Source: a virus
Length of the DNA: 44,528 nt
IMG/VR virus record: IMGVR_UViG_3300010231_000015
Reading direction: 5' to 3' (one strand)
Shown here piece after piece: positions 40,858 to 44,528 of this stretch; the stretch's first letter is position 1; every line of letters begins with the position of its first letter. The notes under the pieces are model-generated. The model worked only from the letters and a program-made list of their open reading frames with translations. It did no database searches and was not told where the DNA came from. The position numbers and the translations under genes are program-made.

Positions 40858-41544
40858 TTACTGAATGGTGAAGTTGTTGGAAACCTGCCGTTGGGACATA
40901 GCCGAACTCAGGCTACCTTGCAGCCCGCCGAGCGTCGCCATACTGAAACTGGACGTGTCCGCTGCTGGCGCGTTGCCGAGGCTCATGTTGCCGCTCGCGT
41001 ACATGTTCGCAAGCGTGCCGAGCCCAGCAGCGATACCGGCCTGCGTCGGGTTCTGCATGTACGGCGCGATGTGGTTAGGCTTGACTGACGAGAGCAGCGC
41101 GTCCCGCCCTGCCATGACCGTCTGCTCGATCCCGATGTTTGCATTCTCCATCAGTTGTTCGAACGATTGATCGTAGCCGATCTGCGTCTCCGCGACCTTC
41201 TTCTGAATGTCTTGCGTCACTGCGTCAACGCTTGAGCCTACAGTCCCGCTCGCAGCGGCTTGGGCCTGATTAGCACCCAACGCCTCAATCCCCTTAGCGG
41301 AGAGGTCAAAGCCTTGCTGTGATGCCTGAAGCACCGCACGAGACTTCTGCAAGTTCTGCAAACCAATGCGGTAGCCGGTGCGGATCATGTTCGCCGTGTT
41401 GGCCTGCATGATCGCATCGTTCTGCGCATTGGCTTGCTTGAGAGACTGTGTGTAGGCTTGCGCCGCAGCGGTGTTCTGCATGTTTGCCTGCTTCGTTGCC
41501 TGCATTGCAGACATGGCGACAGCGGCAACGGCGAACCACCACAT
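40858..41544 (-). CDS. Internal virion protein A (T7 gp14 / phiKMV gp35-like)
   Basis: 228 aa. AGGAGG RBS. N-terminal hydrophobic MWWFAVAAVAMSA followed by a Gln/Ala/Asn-rich helical region. Confidence 0.7.
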   Translation of the reverse strand: MWWFAVAAVAMSAMQATKQANMQNTAAAQAYTQSLKQANAQNDAIMQANTANMIRTGYRIGLQNLQKSRAVLQASQQGFDLSAKGIEALGANQAQAAASGTVGSSVDAVTQDIQKKVAETQIGYDQSFEQLMENANIGIEQTVMAGRDALLSSVKPNHIAPYMQNPTQAGIAAGLGTLANMYASGNMSLGNAPAADTSSFSMATLGGLQGSLSSAMSQRQVSNNFTIQ

Positions 41545-41546
41545 AA

Positions 41547-43889
41547 TTACCTCCTACGCAACTTTTGGTTGTACCGGCACACGTACTCCAAGGAGAGGAT
41601 GTTCATTTCCCCAAGCCCCTCAGTGAACAGCACCAGCGTCGTTGTGTTAGCGTTCGTGCGGCACGGTAGGATTGCTACCGACTCACCATTCACGCGCGGC
41701 TTACCGAGGTCGAGTTCCTCGCTGCCCCAATACAATGCGGGCATGGTCTGCGTATCGTCCTCAACATCGGTAGATGCGTCCGCAACGATTGCCTCGTACT
41801 CGGCTGTGTTAGCAGTGCCTACCATGTACCGGAGGATCGTCAGCTTGTTGCTACTGATGACCACGCCGTTGCTATCCTTCACAAGTGGCGGCGTCGGACT
41901 GAACGATGAACGATACGGAATGCCAATCGTCACAGGGCCAGCCGGGAAGGATGGAACCGTGGTGACTTGCGTCGCGCTGCGCGCGTCGATACCGACTTCC
42001 TCGCCTAGCAGCGTGGAGTCCTTGTCCGATAGCCGTACCGTTTGGTATGCCGTCGAGTCAAGGAGCCGGATCGCATCCGGGATCGGCGCGAGGTTGTTCG
42101 TGACGGTCGCATCGGAGTACAGGTCAAGGTATGGCCTCCTATCCGCTTGGGCGGTCAGCGTCCCGATACGCGGGTCGATTGAGCCGATGGTGATGTTGCC
42201 GTTCTGCAAGAACACGAGATAAATGTTCGAGCCTGAGAAGAAGGCGTCTGCAATGTCGAACGGGAACGTCCAACGATGCCACGCCTGCTGTACCTTGCTA
42301 TCTGCGTCCCACAGGTACTCATGCACGATGAGCGTCCGGTAGTCCCGCGTGCTTGCGAACAACGCCATGTTCGCCACGGACGACGACACAGCGAAGCGGC
42401 AACGGCCTGCGAGGTACTTCGGCAGGTGACTCGTCACGTCACTCGATAGGTACTGCGAATCGGTGTATTGAGACGGGACCATTTCCATCACGCCGTAGAA
42501 GTCCAGTGAGCGCGGCGCGGGGTACATCAGCGTGCGGCCTGTAGGGATCGGCGCACACGTCATGTCGGCCTCATACGTCGAGGTCACGATGACGGATGCC
42601 GTCTGCGGCGTGACGGGTTGATTGCCACCCGGCACTAGCGCCTGATACTTCTCAGCGAACAGCAGCAAGTCCTTCTGAAACGGAATGCAGTACTGGTACG
42701 CTGCCGACGAGTTCGCGCTTGCCCCTACCTCAATCGGGTCACTCTGCAACACAGAGGTCACAGTGGAGCGATAGAAACGCTGGGGCAGGTTCGATGCGCT
42801 CATGTTCACCAGCGAGCCCGAGAGCAGCACCAGTCGCCCTTGGAACGCACCAACGCCGGTAATCCCTCGTGTGATGAAGTTAGGCGGCGGTGATGTAACG
42901 TCGTCCCCTGCGTAGCGGCCCTCGTAGTCCTGCTTCAGCACCCACGCCGAGCCGTTATAGCTGAGACGTACCGGCATGTTGGCGAGGGCACCCGGCGAAC
43001 CATACTGCCCGCACTCAACCCACGCGAGGCGCTGCGAGTCGTACTTGAAGTACGTGGGCCGGTTCACGTCACCAACGGACATCACGATGCCGTTAGCAGC
43101 CGCGTTCAGCTTTGCAGGAAGCTCGCCAGCGGTCTGCACGTAGCTCCCACCACTCGTGCTGATGTAGGTACTCGGCATCGGCGTAGACACCCGGAAATTG
43201 ACCCCGGCGCACCGCACGAAGATGTACGCACCGTACACGTCTACGTTAGTATAGACAACGTGGGTCGGGTCGATGGATGCGAGGATGTACGCAGCCAACT
43301 GGCCTGCGATGTACTCCGGGGTAGCCAAGGCAGCGTCGCCTGCGTGGGTGCCATCAGGAGTGCTGTACACCGCCGTATGTACAACAGCGGTGCCGTTGTA
43401 CCCGAGGTCTACGCGGTACGTCTGATTGAACGCACCCGTCTTAACATAGAACCACCCGGTATGTGATGGGTCTTGTAAGCCTGCCTGTGCGCCTGAGACG
43501 GTCGGCTTGATGCCTGTGTTGGCAATGATGAACTCGTCGCCCACGGTCGTAGCACGGAGGTTCGCACGCGGGCCGATGAGGTAGCTGCTTGTGAGTTGCT
43601 GAAGCAGCGCCCAATCCTGATTGAACACCGTCAGCGTGCCCGAGATACCGTTCAGCAGCAAGTTCACCTTCTGCCCGCCGATGTCGGTACTCCAACCCGT
43701 CATGTGATCACGGTCTGCGGTCGTGCCGGTCGTTAGCACGGTCTGCGCCCCCGGACGGCGACGGAGACCCGTCACTACATCAGAGAGCATGTTATCCTGC
43801 GCGGTCACTTGGCCGTCGAGGCGCTCGCGGGCCACTTGCTGCGATACGCCTTGAAGCTGTGACTTGGCGCTACCTTCGAAAGCGGCCAT
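41547..43889 (-). CDS. Tail tubular protein B (T7 gp12-like)
   Basis: 780 aa. Position and size are typical. Confidence 0.85.
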   Translation of the reverse strand: MAAFEGSAKSQLQGVSQQVARERLDGQVTAQDNMLSDVVTGLRRRPGAQTVLTTGTTADRDHMTGWSTDIGGQKVNLLLNGISGTLTVFNQDWALLQQLTSSYLIGPRANLRATTVGDEFIIANTGIKPTVSGAQAGLQDPSHTGWFYVKTGAFNQTYRVDLGYNGTAVVHTAVYSTPDGTHAGDAALATPEYIAGQLAAYILASIDPTHVVYTNVDVYGAYIFVRCAGVNFRVSTPMPSTYISTSGGSYVQTAGELPAKLNAAANGIVMSVGDVNRPTYFKYDSQRLAWVECGQYGSPGALANMPVRLSYNGSAWVLKQDYEGRYAGDDVTSPPPNFITRGITGVGAFQGRLVLLSGSLVNMSASNLPQRFYRSTVTSVLQSDPIEVGASANSSAAYQYCIPFQKDLLLFAEKYQALVPGGNQPVTPQTASVIVTSTYEADMTCAPIPTGRTLMYPAPRSLDFYGVMEMVPSQYTDSQYLSSDVTSHLPKYLAGRCRFAVSSSVANMALFASTRDYRTLIVHEYLWDADSKVQQAWHRWTFPFDIADAFFSGSNIYLVFLQNGNITIGSIDPRIGTLTAQADRRPYLDLYSDATVTNNLAPIPDAIRLLDSTAYQTVRLSDKDSTLLGEEVGIDARSATQVTTVPSFPAGPVTIGIPYRSSFSPTPPLVKDSNGVVISSNKLTILRYMVGTANTAEYEAIVADASTDVEDDTQTMPALYWGSEELDLGKPRVNGESVAILPCRTNANTTTLVLFTEGLGEMNILSLEYVCRYNQKLRRR

Positions 43890-43893
43890 GTGT

Positions 43894-44451
43894 TTATCCC
43901 CTCATTGCGCGGCGCAAGTTCTGATAGCGGCGCGATTGTTTGATCGTGTACTTACGTTGCCGTAGATGCTCCTGCTCCATCGCGGACTGTGCGATGTTGG
44001 CTTGGGCACTCCACGACTGCACGACTTGCTCAAGCCCGATGTCCGTCAGGTAGATGGACACGAGCGCGGTGTACAGCACGAAGTTCGCAGCGGACTGAGG
44101 CAAGTCCTCGAAGCCCATACGCTGAATCAACTTCCCGGAGATTTTGTCCGTGAAGATGTAGCTGCGCGTGGCTGCGTTGTAGAACTGCTCGCCTCGCTGT
44201 GTGACGATGCCGTACTGCGCATCAGCCACAAACGATAGCGTGTCCTCCGGTACGTCGATCCCGCCCTCGCTGTTCGGGAACAGGTCAACGTGGAATGTGT
44301 TGAACCACCAGCCGCCCTGTAAGCACAGGTCGATCTGTGCGTCGATCTCAGGGAGGATCACGCCGAGCGTCGGACTCTTGCTGTCGAGACTCGTTACGCG
44401 ATGCTCACCGAGCTTGGGCAGGATGCGATTCACTGCATCGAGTAGCAGCAT
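43894..44451 (-). CDS. Tail tubular protein A (T7 gp11-like)
   Basis: 185 aa. AGGAGGG RBS. First gene after the capsid terminator. Confidence 0.8.
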   Translation of the reverse strand: MLLLDAVNRILPKLGEHRVTSLDSKSPTLGVILPEIDAQIDLCLQGGWWFNTFHVDLFPNSEGGIDVPEDTLSFVADAQYGIVTQRGEQFYNAATRSYIFTDKISGKLIQRMGFEDLPQSAANFVLYTALVSIYLTDIGLEQVVQSWSAQANIAQSAMEQEHLRQRKYTIKQSRRYQNLRRAMRG

Positions 44452-44472
44452 GATCCCTCCTGAAGTTTAGAC

Positions 44473-44510
44473 AAAAAAAAAAGCCCGCCCACCCCGAAGG
44501 ATGAGCGGGC
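44473..44510 (-). terminator. Strong rho-independent terminator downstream of the capsid gene (T7 T-phi-like position)
   Basis: Minus strand reads GCCCGCTCATCC-TTCG-GGGTGGGCGGGC, a 12-bp stem with two G-U pairs and a tetraloop, followed by T10. It is duplicated at nt 1..37 by the assembly overlap. Confidence 0.85.
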
Positions 44511-44528
44511 CGAAAAGCGCGACTCGTT

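Noticed and set aside
44474-44528. The terminal 55-nt repeat as a biological direct terminal repeat or att site.
   Set aside because: It is exact, short and cuts through a terminator hairpin between two late genes. That fits an assembler overlap on a circular graph. Real T7-type DTRs sit between the last late gene and the early promoters.

Overview
The window is a complete, circularly permuted assembly of a GC-rich T7-supergroup podophage (Autographiviridae-like) with phiKMV-type gene order. The first 55 nt equal the last 55 nt, so the unique length is 44,473 bp. The genome is presented as its reverse complement, and every credible gene lies on the minus strand. Long plus-strand ORFs are antisense shadows.

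Reading the minus strand from the large non-coding region at about 28.0-26.3 kb, the order is:
- Host-type (sigma70-like) early promoters and a 68-aa gene.
- A roughly 620-nt untranslated leader.
- About 25 small early and middle ORFs (26.3-20.2 kb). Several are micro-ORFs of under 60 aa that the ORF track missed.
- A DNA-metabolism block: primase, DnaB-like helicase, wHTH regulator, ATP-dependent ligase, family-A DNA polymerase, dNTP-pyrophosphatase-like protein, DUF4406-like protein, 5'-3' exonuclease, endonuclease VII, and a minimal CCA/poly(A)-type nucleotidyltransferase paired with an HTH-metallophosphoesterase.
- The single-subunit RNA polymerase (7866..5437).
- An AT-rich promoter/origin-like spacer.
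- Virion genes: two gp7.3-like paralogs, portal, scaffold and capsid, then a strong terminator that spans the window junction, then tail tubular A and B, three internal virion proteins and the tail fibre.
- Small and large terminase subunits.
- A Gram-negative lysis cassette: holin, SAR endolysin and overlapping Rz/Rz1.
- Three small terminal genes, one carrying an HExxH motif.

I found no tRNA, rRNA, CRISPR array, integrase or transposase.

The most interesting signals are:
1. A bipartite module, a TTAGAGTGCCACAC-type motif followed by a GATACA-rich AT block. It occurs once directly after the RNAP gene and once, inverted, in the terminal non-coding region.
2. A 13-nt motif, TACTCGCAATTCA, that sits upstream of six middle genes.
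3. The split nucleotidyltransferase plus phosphoesterase pair.
4. Duplicated early promoters that share a 26-nt palindromic upstream element, in a region rich in CTAG and CTTAG that probably hides the collapsed genome termini.

Product calls come from motif recognition by eye. No database search was possible.
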